DNA of 64,000 nucleotides from an uncultured Clostridia bacterium (lineage in GTDB: Bacteria > Bacillota > Clostridia > TANB77 > CAG-508), in NCBI GenBank assembly GCA_934141555.1, contig CAKPCK010000003.1:6510-70509 (forward strand). The letters run 5' to 3'. Of the stretch, positions 26,286 to 36,244 are shown piece after piece. Under the pieces are notes generated by a model. The model worked only from the letters and a program-made list of their open reading frames with translations. It did not search any database and was not told the DNA's origin. A program made the translations under genes and the position numbers. Every line of letters begins with the position of its first letter. The first letter of the stretch is position 1.

Positions 26286-27467
26286 ATGAATATAAAAAGA
26301 TTTTCTAAAATAATATTTAACATTGTAATTATAACAATAACTTTATTTATAACTACAAATATTGTAAATGCAGAAAATGCAGTTTTATTACTAAAAACAG
26401 AAAGTACACAAACACAATCAACAGAAGAAAAAGCAATTAGTACCAAAGCCCAAAAAAAGAAAAACTATCAATATGTAAGATTTTTTATAAATTACAAATC
26501 AGAAGCATTAGACGCAGGAGAAAGTGTAGGAGGGCAAGACCCAGATAAATTTACACCAATGTTATGGGAATGTGATGTAAAAAATGCAACAGCAGATACA
26601 AACTATTATATAGTAGGAGAAACTAAAGATAATTCATATAAAGCAGATAAAGAAATAAGAAAATTAGTTGGAGACAAAAAAGATGGTTCAATATATCTAG
26701 TATCATTTCCAACAGATGAATACATATTTAAAGAATTAAAACAATATGTAAATATATTATCAATAGATGGAAAAAGCATAAAAGTAGATGAATTAAATAC
26801 AGACCATTATGAAGTAAGATGGTATGTATTCAAATTGCATAGTAATTTCTGGCATATAGATGGAAAATTAGTAAGAAAAGAAGGTCAAATAATAGTAACA
26901 AAAACATTTAAAGGAAACAAAGATGTAATTGAAGAATTAACAGGATATTCATTTGAACAAAATAAATCAATATCAAAATCACCATTTAATATTACATTAA
27001 AAGGTGGAACAGATATAAAAATATTAAATTTAGAAAATCATGATGATATAGAAAACAATTCAACAAATGATGAATATATATTAACATATAAATGGAAAGT
27101 GAAAACAAAATATGGGATAACATATACAATAAAAGAAGATAATTATAATTTACCATATTACACTACCTCATGTTCATATAATATACAAGATCCTAAAACA
27201 ACAATAGATACATATAAAAATCAATCTAAAGAAGAAACTTTAGGAGATAAGGCAAGTATATTGGGATATAACAATTATGCTGATGATAATGAAGAACTAT
27301 TGGAAGAAAAACAAATGTTAAAGCTAAATTTCACAAATAAGTTAACTCCAATAGATTCATATACAATTATGCCAGAAACAGGAGGTGATGGAAATTTTAA
27401 GATTTGTTTAATAGGTATCTTTTTAATTGGTACTTCACTTATTTTATTTATTAGAAAGGAACATTAG
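26286..27467 (+). CDS. cell-wall-sorted pilus-associated protein (putative tip/minor pilin) with atypical IMPETG sorting motif
   Basis: Signal peptide (FITTNIVNA-EN). C-terminal MPETGG, hydrophobic helix and RKEH tail. First gene of the sortase-C operon. Confidence 0.65.
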   Translation: MNIKRFSKIIFNIVIITITLFITTNIVNAENAVLLLKTESTQTQSTEEKAISTKAQKKKNYQYVRFFINYKSEALDAGESVGGQDPDKFTPMLWECDVKNATADTNYYIVGETKDNSYKADKEIRKLVGDKKDGSIYLVSFPTDEYIFKELKQYVNILSIDGKSIKVDELNTDHYEVRWYVFKLHSNFWHIDGKLVRKEGQIIVTKTFKGNKDVIEELTGYSFEQNKSISKSPFNITLKGGTDIKILNLENHDDIENNSTNDEYILTYKWKVKTKYGITYTIKEDNYNLPYYTTSCSYNIQDPKTTIDTYKNQSKEETLGDKASILGYNNYADDNEELLEEKQMLKLNFTNKLTPIDSYTIMPETGGDGNFKICLIGIFLIGTSLILFIRKEH

Positions 27468-27470
27468 AAA

Positions 27471-29030
27471 ATGAAAAAAATTATTTCAATTTTGACAATT
27501 GTTTTATTAGCTATTATTGCAGTATGTCCACTAAGTTTTGCTGCTAATAACTTAACATTAACTGTTACAGGTGATGTAGCAGGAAGAACATTATCATTAT
27601 ATAAATTATTTAATTTAACAGTAGAAGATAATGATAATTACCATTATTCATGGGATGGTTTAGCATCAGAGGAATTCTTTACAAGTAAAGGATATGCAAA
27701 TATATATCAAGTATTAGAGGAATTAAGAAATTATGAAAATGATTCTACAAGTTTAACAAATTTAGCATTAGAATATTATAATTTCTGTACAGATCCTGCT
27801 AATAGTGCAATATTAGCAAACAAAACTTCAAGAATAGATATTAAAACAGTTGGAGAAGATGAACGATATGTTACATTTTCAGAATTAGATGAAGGATATT
27901 ATTTAGTATATGATGAAACAGAAAATCCTAATAATACAGCATCAAAAGCTAGATCAGCAGCAATACTTTCAAGCTTAATTCAAAGTGAAGAAGTAAAAAT
28001 TAAAACAGATGACATCCACATAGAAAAAGAGACAGATGTAACAACAGCAAATGTTGGTGAAAATGTAAACTTTACAATAACAACAGAAGTTCCAAGAATG
28101 ATTGGATATGACAAATATGAATTCAATGTAGAAGATACAATGTCAAAAGGATTAAACTTTAATGATGATATAGAAATAACAATAGGTGGTCAAATATATA
28201 CAAATGCAACAATTTCTAAGATAACAAATGCAAATGGAACAACAAGTTTAGAGATAAAATTTAATGATTTTATTTCACAAAAAGATAATGCTGGTGCAGA
28301 AATAAAAATTACATATTCTGCAAAGTTAAATTCAGAAGCAGCAATTGAAAAAGACAATACTAACCAAGTAAAATTAATATACTCAAATGATCCAAAAGCT
28401 GATGGAAAGGGTGAATCAACACCAGATATTGTTCATGTATATTCATTTACATTTGATATAACAAAAAAGAATTCAAAAGATGAAACATTAAATGGTGCAA
28501 AATTCATATTAAAACTTTCAAATGGAAAATATGCTACATTTGATGAAAATGGAAAATTAACAGGAGAAGTTGAAAACAAAGAAGATGCAACAGTATTAAC
28601 TTCATCAGGAACAAAAGAAAAAAATGGTGTAGAAGTTGATGCAGGAAAAATCCAAATATCAGGATTAAAAGAAGGAACATATACATTAATTGAAACAGAA
28701 GCTCCAGAAGGATATAATACACCAAATTTTGAATTTGTATTTAAAATAACACCAAGATTTAATGATGATGGAATTCTTGAAGATGCAGATTTTGAATATT
28801 TACCAATGTCAAATTCAGCAAATGGATATGTTACAGGAATACAAACAAAAGATGGTGTTGCAGAATTTACTATTGACATATTAAATGCTCAAAAAGGACT
28901 TTTACCATCAACTGGTGGAATGGGAACAACATTCTTTACAACTGCAGGAATTGTTTTAATGATTAGTGCATTAGGTGTTTTAGTTATAAAAATGAAGAAA
29001 AATAAATCAGTATATTCAAAAGAAAACTAG
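27471..29030 (+). CDS. major pilin-like fimbrial subunit (SpaA/CnaB-type) with LPSTG sorting signal
   Basis: Signal peptide; E-box-like YTLIETEAPEGY. LPSTGGMG, TM and KMKKNK tail. Confidence 0.75.
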   Translation: MKKIISILTIVLLAIIAVCPLSFAANNLTLTVTGDVAGRTLSLYKLFNLTVEDNDNYHYSWDGLASEEFFTSKGYANIYQVLEELRNYENDSTSLTNLALEYYNFCTDPANSAILANKTSRIDIKTVGEDERYVTFSELDEGYYLVYDETENPNNTASKARSAAILSSLIQSEEVKIKTDDIHIEKETDVTTANVGENVNFTITTEVPRMIGYDKYEFNVEDTMSKGLNFNDDIEITIGGQIYTNATISKITNANGTTSLEIKFNDFISQKDNAGAEIKITYSAKLNSEAAIEKDNTNQVKLIYSNDPKADGKGESTPDIVHVYSFTFDITKKNSKDETLNGAKFILKLSNGKYATFDENGKLTGEVENKEDATVLTSSGTKEKNGVEVDAGKIQISGLKEGTYTLIETEAPEGYNTPNFEFVFKITPRFNDDGILEDADFEYLPMSNSANGYVTGIQTKDGVAEFTIDILNAQKGLLPSTGGMGTTFFTTAGIVLMISALGVLVIKMKKNKSVYSKEN

Positions 29031-29048
29031 TATGAAAGGGATATAATA

Positions 29049-29741
29049 ATGTTAAAATTTTTTAAGAAATATTGGATGAACATTTTGTTTGTAATGATAT
29101 TTGTTATAGGATTATTAATATTTTTATATCCTTTTATTAGTAATTTTATTAACGAAAGACTTCAAACAAAAGAAGTATCTGAATATGATGTTAAGATACA
29201 AAAATTAACAAATGATGAATATAATTTGATGATTAGAAAAGCTCAGGAATATAATAATTTGTTATTTTCTGGAACATTAGAAGAAAATACAGAAAAGGCA
29301 GATGAAAGAGGATATTATGATTTATTATCATTAGATGATTCAGGAATAATGGGATATTTGACAATAGATAAAATAAATGTTAAAGCACCAATATTTCATG
29401 GAAGTGAAAGATCTGTTTTACAGAATGGAATAGGTCATATGAAAGGTTCATCATTGCCTGTTGATAGCCCAAGTTCACATGTTATTTTAGCAGGGCATAC
29501 AGGTTTACCTTCGGCTAAGTTATTAACAGATTTAAATAAGATGGAAATTGGAGATAAATTTGAAATATCTGTTTTAAAATATAAATTTGTTTATGAGGTA
29601 GATCAAATTCTTGTAGTAGAACCTAATAATACAGAAAATTTAGGAATTGAAGAGGGGAAACAGTTCGCTACACTTATTACTTGTACTCCATATGGGGTTA
29701 ATTCACATAGATTACTTGTGAGAGGAAAATTAATAAAATAA
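29049..29741 (+). CDS. class C (pilin-polymerising) sortase
   Basis: N-terminal TM, ILAGHTG, TLITCTPYGVNSHRLLVRG catalytic Cys/Arg motifs. Confidence 0.85.
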   Translation: MLKFFKKYWMNILFVMIFVIGLLIFLYPFISNFINERLQTKEVSEYDVKIQKLTNDEYNLMIRKAQEYNNLLFSGTLEENTEKADERGYYDLLSLDDSGIMGYLTIDKINVKAPIFHGSERSVLQNGIGHMKGSSLPVDSPSSHVILAGHTGLPSAKLLTDLNKMEIGDKFEISVLKYKFVYEVDQILVVEPNNTENLGIEEGKQFATLITCTPYGVNSHRLLVRGKLIK

Positions 29742-29745
29742 GATA

Positions 29746-29781
29746 ATAACCTATAGAATGAGAAGTTTATAGGTTATTTTT
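29746..29781 (+). terminator. intrinsic terminator of the pilus operon
   Basis: ataacctata / tataggttat 10-bp stem followed by tttt. Confidence 0.8.
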
Positions 29782-29810
29782 ACGTTTGTCGTAGAAATAA
29801 CACGTTTATC
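29782..29810 (+). promoter_or_regulatory. pair of 9-bp direct repeats (candidate LytTR binding site) abutting the promoter of the LytTR gene
   Basis: ACGTTTGTC (29782-29790) and ACGTTTATC (29802-29810), 20-bp period. TATAAT at 29838-29843 has a poor -35 (aaatat) only 4 nt after the second repeat. Confidence 0.5.
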
Positions 29811-29853
29811 TATAAAATATTTACTTTTAAAAATATTTATAATATAAATATAA

Positions 29854-30324
29854 TTGTTGGAGGAGAAAGTGAAAATAGAATTAAGAAAATTATTAAACAG
29901 TAAAATGCCACGAGACTCTATAAAAATTAATATTGAATATAATACTTCTCAAAAAGAAGAAGTAGATAATCTTATAAAATATATAAATAGATATAGTAAG
30001 TCAATTTTTTTAGAAGATAATTATATTATAGAAGAAGTATTATATAGTGATATTGTATGTTTTTATAGTGAAAACAAAAATAATTATTGTAAAACAATGA
30101 AAAAAGTATATAAAACCAAAAGTAAATTATATGAAATTGAAAAAATGAGCACGAATTTTATGAGAATATCTAAAAATTGTATAGTAAATATAGAACATAT
30201 AAAGAATTTTGATATTAGTAAAACAGGAAGTATAATAATAAATTTAGATGATAATACTTTCAAAATTGTATCAAAAAGAAAAATAAAAGATGTAATATAT
30301 TTTTTAGATGAAAGGATGAAATAA
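29854..30324 (+). CDS. LytTR-family DNA-binding protein without receiver domain
   Basis: LytTR domain (YSDIVCFYSENK...FMRISKNCIVNIEHIKNF...). 156 aa. The start is uncertain: TTG 29854 or GTG 29869. Confidence 0.75.
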   Translation: MLEEKVKIELRKLLNSKMPRDSIKINIEYNTSQKEEVDNLIKYINRYSKSIFLEDNYIIEEVLYSDIVCFYSENKNNYCKTMKKVYKTKSKLYEIEKMSTNFMRISKNCIVNIEHIKNFDISKTGSIIINLDDNTFKIVSKRKIKDVIYFLDERMK

Positions 30325-30325
30325 A

Positions 30326-30598
30326 ATGAAAAAAATTTTTTATTTAATAATGGGTTTTATTATATTTTTGAGTGTGTATATACTGGTGGAATATATAGTT
30401 GTTGGAATTTTAGGAATGAAATTAATCTTTATTGAATTGCTTAAAGAAGATATACTTCATTGTGCATTTTTATACAGTTTGAGTTTATTTAGCTATTTTA
30501 TAATAAATTATATTAGTAATATCTTTGTGGTAAAAAGCTTAAATAAAAAAATTGAAAATATAAAAATGGAAAGGAGGGATACAAATGAAGAAAAATAA
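30326..30598 (+). CDS. small multi-pass membrane protein (90 aa), partner of the LytTR regulator
   Basis: Three predicted hydrophobic helices and a charged C-terminus. The start lies 1 nt after the LytTR stop. Confidence 0.6.
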   Translation: MKKIFYLIMGFIIFLSVYILVEYIVVGILGMKLIFIELLKEDILHCAFLYSLSLFSYFIINYISNIFVVKSLNKKIENIKMERRDTNEEK

Positions 30599-30830
30599 AA
30601 AAATTATTATATTAATTAGTATAATTATAATTTTGGCTGTTATTTTTAGTTTTTTCCAAATTCGAAAATCATATTTGTTTAATGCAGATAATAATGGTAT
30701 TATAGATGGAAAAGCAGAATTAATAAATCGTTTAGAAAAAATAGAAGATAAAGAAGAAAGAAAAAAACAAATAGATTATTCTGTAAAACAAAAAGTAATA
30801 ACACAAGAAGAAGCAGATAAATTGTATTAA
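30585..30830 (+). CDS. small single-pass membrane protein (81 aa)
   Basis: MKKNKK followed by a TM helix; AGGAGGG RBS; overlaps the previous gene by 14 nt. Confidence 0.6.
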   Translation: MKKNKKIIILISIIIILAVIFSFFQIRKSYLFNADNNGIIDGKAELINRLEKIEDKEERKKQIDYSVKQKVITQEEADKLY

Positions 30831-30855
30831 GCTATAGAAATTAATAAAATATTCA

Positions 30856-30884
30856 TTGACTACAAATTCATAAAATTATATAAT
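30856..30884 (+). promoter_or_regulatory. consensus sigma-A promoter of the tandem ABC genes
   Basis: TTGACT 30856-30861, 17-nt spacer, TATAAT 30879-30884. Confidence 0.65.
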
Positions 30885-30886
30885 CA

Positions 30887-30916
30887 ATATGGTAAGAAAA
30901 AACTTGCCATATTTTT
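30887..30916 (+). terminator. hairpin with T-run, probably the terminator of the LytTR operon, starting 3 nt after the -10 box of the ABC promoter
   Basis: atatggtaag / cttgccatat stem (one G-U) followed by ttttc. Confidence 0.5.
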
Positions 30917-30960
30917 CTATTTAATCAAACTTACCAAAATATAAAAAGGGGAAAATACAT

Positions 30961-33159
30961 ATGTTAAAATTAGAAAATGTATCAAAAATTTATTATACAA
31001 ATGGAATTGTAGCAACAGGAATATCAAAAGTAAATTTAGAATTAAACATAGGTGAATTTGTAGTAATAACAGGAGAATCTGGAAGTGGGAAAAGCACACT
31101 TTTAAATGTAATATCAGGAATTGACAGTTATGAAGAAGGAGAAATGTATATAAATGGCAAAGAAACAAGCCATTATACTGAAAAAGACTTTGAAGAATAT
31201 AGAAAAAAATATATAGCAAATATTTTTCAAAGTTTCAATTTAATTAATAGTTATACAGTATACCAAAATGTAGAACTAGTATTACTGTTAAATGGATATA
31301 AAAGAAAACAGATAAAGAAAAAAGTACTTGATATAATTGATAAAGTAGGACTTACAAAATTTAAAAATACAAAAGTATCAAAACTATCAGGAGGGCAAAA
31401 ACAAAGAGTAGCAATAGCAAGAGCAATTGTAAAAGATACACCAATAATTGTTGCAGATGAGCCAACTGGTAATTTAGATACAAAGTCAGCATATGAAATC
31501 ATAGAATTATTAAAAAATGTAGCAAAAGACAAATTAGTAGTTATTGTAACACATAATATAGAACAAGTTGAAAAATATGCAACAAGAATAATAAAAATGC
31601 ATGATGGAAGAATGATACAAAACACTGAAATAAAAAATATAAATGAAGATTCAAAAATAACACAAGCAAGTGGAAAAAATATAACAATTCCAAATCAATA
31701 TAGATTAGGAATCAGAAATACATTTAATATATTCTCAAAATTTATATTATTATTTATAGTATTTACATTTATGAGTGTTGCATTTTTAGCTGAATATTCA
31801 GCATTTAAATTAGTAGAACATTCAACAGAAGAAAGTAGTGGATATAGTGCAAATTTAAGAGATATTTCAAAAGAAAGAATATTAATAAATAAACAAAATA
31901 GAGAACCATTTACAGAAGATGATTATAATAAAATAAAACAATTATCAAATATAGACTATATAGTAGAAGATGATATTTCATTAGATACAGAATTTATATT
32001 AAGAAATGATACGCTAAATACTTATGGATATATAAAAGATATAAATAATTTCAAAGGAAATCTAGATATAGGAAGAATGCCAGAAAATAATGATGAAATC
32101 ATTTTAAAAGCAAATAAAGATGACTATACTATAACACAAATGTTAGATGCAACATTAAATAGTGAATTTTCGCTACAAAAATCATATAGAGAAGGAGATA
32201 CAATAAAAACAGTAAAAATAGTTGGAATTCAATATAATGAAAATAATACTATATATGATAGAACTTTTTATGTATCAAATGAAGTTAAAAAACTAGTAAG
32301 ATCTTATGTGCATAATCAATATAGTGATATGAAAACATTATTAAATGATAAATATGTACAATACACTATTGAAACAAGTGAAAATGTTGAGCCAGGTACA
32401 GCAATTGTAAATGATGATTTAAAATATCAGTTTAAAAATAATAAAATAATAAATCAAAATATAAATATAAGTGTAAGCAATATTTATTATGAAGATAATA
32501 TTGATTTAACAATTACAAAAACATTTACAAAGTCAAATCTAAAGAAGTTAACAGGATATACAGATTATAGTTATTATCAAAATGCAATAATTATAAATCC
32601 CGATGATTACAATTCATTATATGATAAGCCATCATATCAATCAAGTGTATATGTAAAAGATGCAAATACAATAGATCAAACAATGAGTGAACTGGAAAAT
32701 TTAGGATTAAAACCTAAAAAAGCTACAGATTTTAAAGTTGAATATGAAAATGAAAGTCAGATTGTAAAAATATTTAAAGTAGTAGTAACAATATTTGTAA
32801 TAATAGTGGTATTTTTCATATCATATTTAATAATAAGTATTATTTTAAAATCAAGAAATATATATTATACAACTTTAAGAATGTTAGGAGCAACATCTAA
32901 GAGCACGAGGAAAATATTAAATATTGAATTATTTATAAATTCAACATTATCATATTTAATGGTATTAACCTTTGGATATCTGGTAAAACAAGATATTATA
33001 AAAATCGAATTTATTGCAAATCTAATAAAATATATAACATTAAATGAATGTATTTTAATGTATTTAATTCTATTTGTAGTAACACAACTAATAGCAAGAA
33101 AATTTGCAAAGAAAATATTTAAAAGTTCTGCAATGAACAGATATAATGAGGAGGTGTAA
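30961..33159 (+). CDS. fused ABC transporter ATP-binding protein/FtsX-type permease (MacB-like architecture)
   Basis: Walker A GESGSGKST, LSGGQKQR, Walker B IIVADEPTGNLD. These are followed by a TM, a large extracytoplasmic region of roughly 350-400 aa and a C-terminal TM bundle. Confidence 0.8.
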   Translation: MLKLENVSKIYYTNGIVATGISKVNLELNIGEFVVITGESGSGKSTLLNVISGIDSYEEGEMYINGKETSHYTEKDFEEYRKKYIANIFQSFNLINSYTVYQNVELVLLLNGYKRKQIKKKVLDIIDKVGLTKFKNTKVSKLSGGQKQRVAIARAIVKDTPIIVADEPTGNLDTKSAYEIIELLKNVAKDKLVVIVTHNIEQVEKYATRIIKMHDGRMIQNTEIKNINEDSKITQASGKNITIPNQYRLGIRNTFNIFSKFILLFIVFTFMSVAFLAEYSAFKLVEHSTEESSGYSANLRDISKERILINKQNREPFTEDDYNKIKQLSNIDYIVEDDISLDTEFILRNDTLNTYGYIKDINNFKGNLDIGRMPENNDEIILKANKDDYTITQMLDATLNSEFSLQKSYREGDTIKTVKIVGIQYNENNTIYDRTFYVSNEVKKLVRSYVHNQYSDMKTLLNDKYVQYTIETSENVEPGTAIVNDDLKYQFKNNKIINQNINISVSNIYYEDNIDLTITKTFTKSNLKKLTGYTDYSYYQNAIIINPDDYNSLYDKPSYQSSVYVKDANTIDQTMSELENLGLKPKKATDFKVEYENESQIVKIFKVVVTIFVIIVVFFISYLIISIILKSRNIYYTTLRMLGATSKSTRKILNIELFINSTLSYLMVLTFGYLVKQDIIKIEFIANLIKYITLNECILMYLILFVVTQLIARKFAKKIFKSSAMNRYNEEV

Positions 33160-33163
33160 TATT

Positions 33164-35614
33164 ATGATAAAATTAGTAAAAGTAAATAAATATTTTAATA
33201 GAAGAAAAAGAAATCAAATGCATATCATAAATAATACATCTCTTGAATTAGGTGATAATGGATTAGTTGCAATTCTAGGGAGTTCAGGAAGCGGAAAAAC
33301 TACATTATTAAATGCAATAGGTGGACTTGATAAAGTTAATAGTGGAAAAATATACATAAATGGTAAAAAAATAACACATAAAAGAGCTTATACAGTTGAT
33401 AAAATAAGAAATCTAAATATGGGATATATATTCCAAGATTATAAATTGTTAGAAAATATGTCTGTATATGATAATGTTGCACTATCATTAAAAATGATAG
33501 GAATAAAAAATAAAAAAGAAATACAAAAAAGAGTAAATTATGTTCTTGAAGCAGTAAAAATGTACAGATATAGAAATAGACCTGCTAAAATGTTATCAGG
33601 CGGAGAAAAGCAAAGAGTTGCAATAGCAAGAGCACTTGTAAAAAATCCAAGTATAGTAATTGCAGATGAACCAACTGGTAACTTAGATAGCAAAAATTCT
33701 TTACAAGTAATGAATATAATAAAAGCAATTTCAAAAGAAAAATTAGTAATTCTTGTAACACATGAAGTAGATTTAGCTAATTTCTATGCTTCAAGAATTA
33801 TAGAACTTCAAGATGGAAAAATTGTTAAAGATTATGAAAATGAGCCCAAAGAATCATTAGAATATAGATTAGATAACAAATTATATCTGAAAGATTTTAA
33901 AAATATTAATAATATCAATAATGATGATGTTAATGTAAATATATATTCTGATAACAAACAAGATAAAATAAATATAAAACTAGCAATAAAAGATGGAAAT
34001 ATTTATATACAATCAGAAAACAAGGTAGAAGTTGTTGATGAAAATTCATCAATAGAATTAGTAGATGATCATTACAAAAAGATTGATAAAAGCATTTATG
34101 ATGAAGAAAAATATAATTTGGAAAATATATCTGATAAAAAATATAAAGCAAAATATAAATCAATTTATGGAATAGTGAAATCAATAGTTACAGGTTTTAA
34201 AAAAATTTCAAATTATACTATACTAAAAAAATTATTATTATTAGGATTTTTTGCATCAAGTATGTTTGTAGTATATGCAATATGTAGTATATATGGTGCA
34301 TTAGATGTAAGAGATACAGATTTTATGCAAATAGATAGAAATTATTTACAGGTTGAAAACACTACAATAAGTGTTGATGATTTTCTAAAATATGAGCAAG
34401 AGTCTGGAATTGATTACATATTGCCAGGAAGTGGAGGAGTTATATTTACATTAAATAATAAAGATTATTATCAAACAGCAACACGTCCTGCAATGGTTAA
34501 TGGATATTTAGTAGGTATAGATACAATAACAGCAGATAATTTAATAAAAGGTAGAATGCCAGAAAATGAGTATGAAATTGTAGTAGATAAAAGAGTAGTA
34601 CAATCTGTCACATCAGATATGGGAATGGCAAGAAGTTTAGGAATAAAAACAGATGAAGATTTGCTAGGAAGAAGTTTAACTATCAAAAATTTAAAAGACT
34701 TTAAAATAGTAGGAATTGTAGATACAGAAGCAGAGTCTATATTTGTTAATAAATCAATGTTTGTAAATATAATTGCAAATGCCACAGGGGCAAATAATGT
34801 AAATGATTGGTTTTCTAGTGTTTATAAAGAAGAAACAACAGATAGTGAAGTAATAGATTATAATTTGTTTTTAGATGATATTACATTAACAAAAGGAAGA
34901 TTACCTGAAAATGATCATGAAGTTATAGTAAATCAAATTAATAAAGATACTATGAAATTAAATAAACCAATAAAAGCACAAGTAAATGGAGAAGAACTTG
35001 TAGTTGTTGGATATTATGATAGTCAAACAGATTTACAGGCATATCTTGTAAATAATAATACAGTAAAATATAATGTAATTAATAAGCAAAATTCAATGAC
35101 AATATATGCAAAAGATAAATCACAAGTTATAAATAAATTTAAAGATGAGTATAGATTGAATATTATTGATAGATATGAAAAAGATAGAAGTGATTATCTA
35201 GAATATAAAAAAGATTCGGTAAAAAGTGCAATAATATTAGCATCAATAATACTTGCAATATCATTAGTTGAAATATACTTGATGATGAGAGCATCATTTT
35301 TATCAAGAATAAAAGAAATTGGGGTATTTAGAGCAATTGGAGTAAAAAAATCAGATATATATAGAATGTTCTTGGGTGAAATTATTGCTATCACTGTATT
35401 TGGAAGTGTACCAGGAATTGCACTTATGACATATATATTAGCATCAATTACTAAAATTCAATCAGCATCAAGATTGTTTATTGTTAATTTTCAAACAATA
35501 GGTTTAAGTGTTTTGATTATATTTGGAGTTAATATATTAGTTGGATTATTACCATTATTTAAAATTCTAAGAAAAAGGCCTGCTAGAATTTTAGCAAGAC
35601 ATGATGTGGAATAA
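33164..35614 (+). CDS. second fused ABC ATP-binding protein/FtsX-type permease (paralogue)
   Basis: GSSGSGKTT, LSGGEKQR, IVIADEPTGNLD; C-terminal FtsX-like helices. Start at ATG 33164 after GAGGAGG. Confidence 0.8.
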   Translation: MIKLVKVNKYFNRRKRNQMHIINNTSLELGDNGLVAILGSSGSGKTTLLNAIGGLDKVNSGKIYINGKKITHKRAYTVDKIRNLNMGYIFQDYKLLENMSVYDNVALSLKMIGIKNKKEIQKRVNYVLEAVKMYRYRNRPAKMLSGGEKQRVAIARALVKNPSIVIADEPTGNLDSKNSLQVMNIIKAISKEKLVILVTHEVDLANFYASRIIELQDGKIVKDYENEPKESLEYRLDNKLYLKDFKNINNINNDDVNVNIYSDNKQDKINIKLAIKDGNIYIQSENKVEVVDENSSIELVDDHYKKIDKSIYDEEKYNLENISDKKYKAKYKSIYGIVKSIVTGFKKISNYTILKKLLLLGFFASSMFVVYAICSIYGALDVRDTDFMQIDRNYLQVENTTISVDDFLKYEQESGIDYILPGSGGVIFTLNNKDYYQTATRPAMVNGYLVGIDTITADNLIKGRMPENEYEIVVDKRVVQSVTSDMGMARSLGIKTDEDLLGRSLTIKNLKDFKIVGIVDTEAESIFVNKSMFVNIIANATGANNVNDWFSSVYKEETTDSEVIDYNLFLDDITLTKGRLPENDHEVIVNQINKDTMKLNKPIKAQVNGEELVVVGYYDSQTDLQAYLVNNNTVKYNVINKQNSMTIYAKDKSQVINKFKDEYRLNIIDRYEKDRSDYLEYKKDSVKSAIILASIILAISLVEIYLMMRASFLSRIKEIGVFRAIGVKKSDIYRMFLGEIIAITVFGSVPGIALMTYILASITKIQSASRLFIVNFQTIGLSVLIIFGVNILVGLLPLFKILRKRPARILARHDVE

Positions 35615-35662
35615 GGAAGGAGTATAGTGTTATTAGATAATAGCATTTGAGTATTAAAGAAT

Positions 35663-36244
35663 ATGGAAAAAATAGAACAGGTAAAAAAAGAATTAAAAAA
35701 CGTATTATCAGAAAAAAGATATATACACTCAATAAGTGTAATGGAAATGGCAAGTGAACTTGCAAAAATTTATAATGTAGATATTGAAACAGCACAAATA
35801 GCAGGACTTCTTCATGACAATGCAAAAGAAATGACAGATGAAGAAATGCTAAAATATGTTAAAGAAAATAATATTGAAATTTCAGAAACAGAAAGAAATA
35901 ATATCAAATTATTACATGGAAAAATAGGTGCAGACATAGCAAAGAAGAAATATGGAGTAAGTGAACAAATAGCAAAAGCAATTGAATATCATACTACAAC
36001 AAATCCTGTTATGGACACATTAGCTAAAATAATATATGTTTCAGACAAAATAGAATTAAATAGAAAAACAGAAAAATATGATATTGAAGCAGAAAGAAAA
36101 TTGGCAAAAGAAAATTTGGATAAAGCAATGTTATTGATAATAAATGATGTAACTAAATATTTAATAGATCAGAATAAATTAATAGCACCAGAAAGTATAG
36201 AAACAAGAAATAAGTTATTATTAAATATAGAAGGAGAACAATAA
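35663..36244 (+). CDS. yqeK: HD-domain bis(5'-nucleosyl)-tetraphosphatase YqeK
   Basis: RYIHSISV...AGLLHDNAKE HD motif, 193 aa. Confidence 0.75.
   Translation: MEKIEQVKKELKNVLSEKRYIHSISVMEMASELAKIYNVDIETAQIAGLLHDNAKEMTDEEMLKYVKENNIEISETERNNIKLLHGKIGADIAKKKYGVSEQIAKAIEYHTTTNPVMDTLAKIIYVSDKIELNRKTEKYDIEAERKLAKENLDKAMLLIINDVTKYLIDQNKLIAPESIETRNKLLLNIEGEQ

Noticed and set aside
30887-30935. A transcription attenuator or antiterminator switch in the ABC leader, where ggtaag can pair with either cttgcc or the downstream cttacc.
   Set aside because: The alternative pairing uses sequence downstream of the terminator, which is not the usual kinetic logic. The hairpin is explained more simply as the terminator of the upstream LytTR operon. 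It is mentioned only within the ABC finding.
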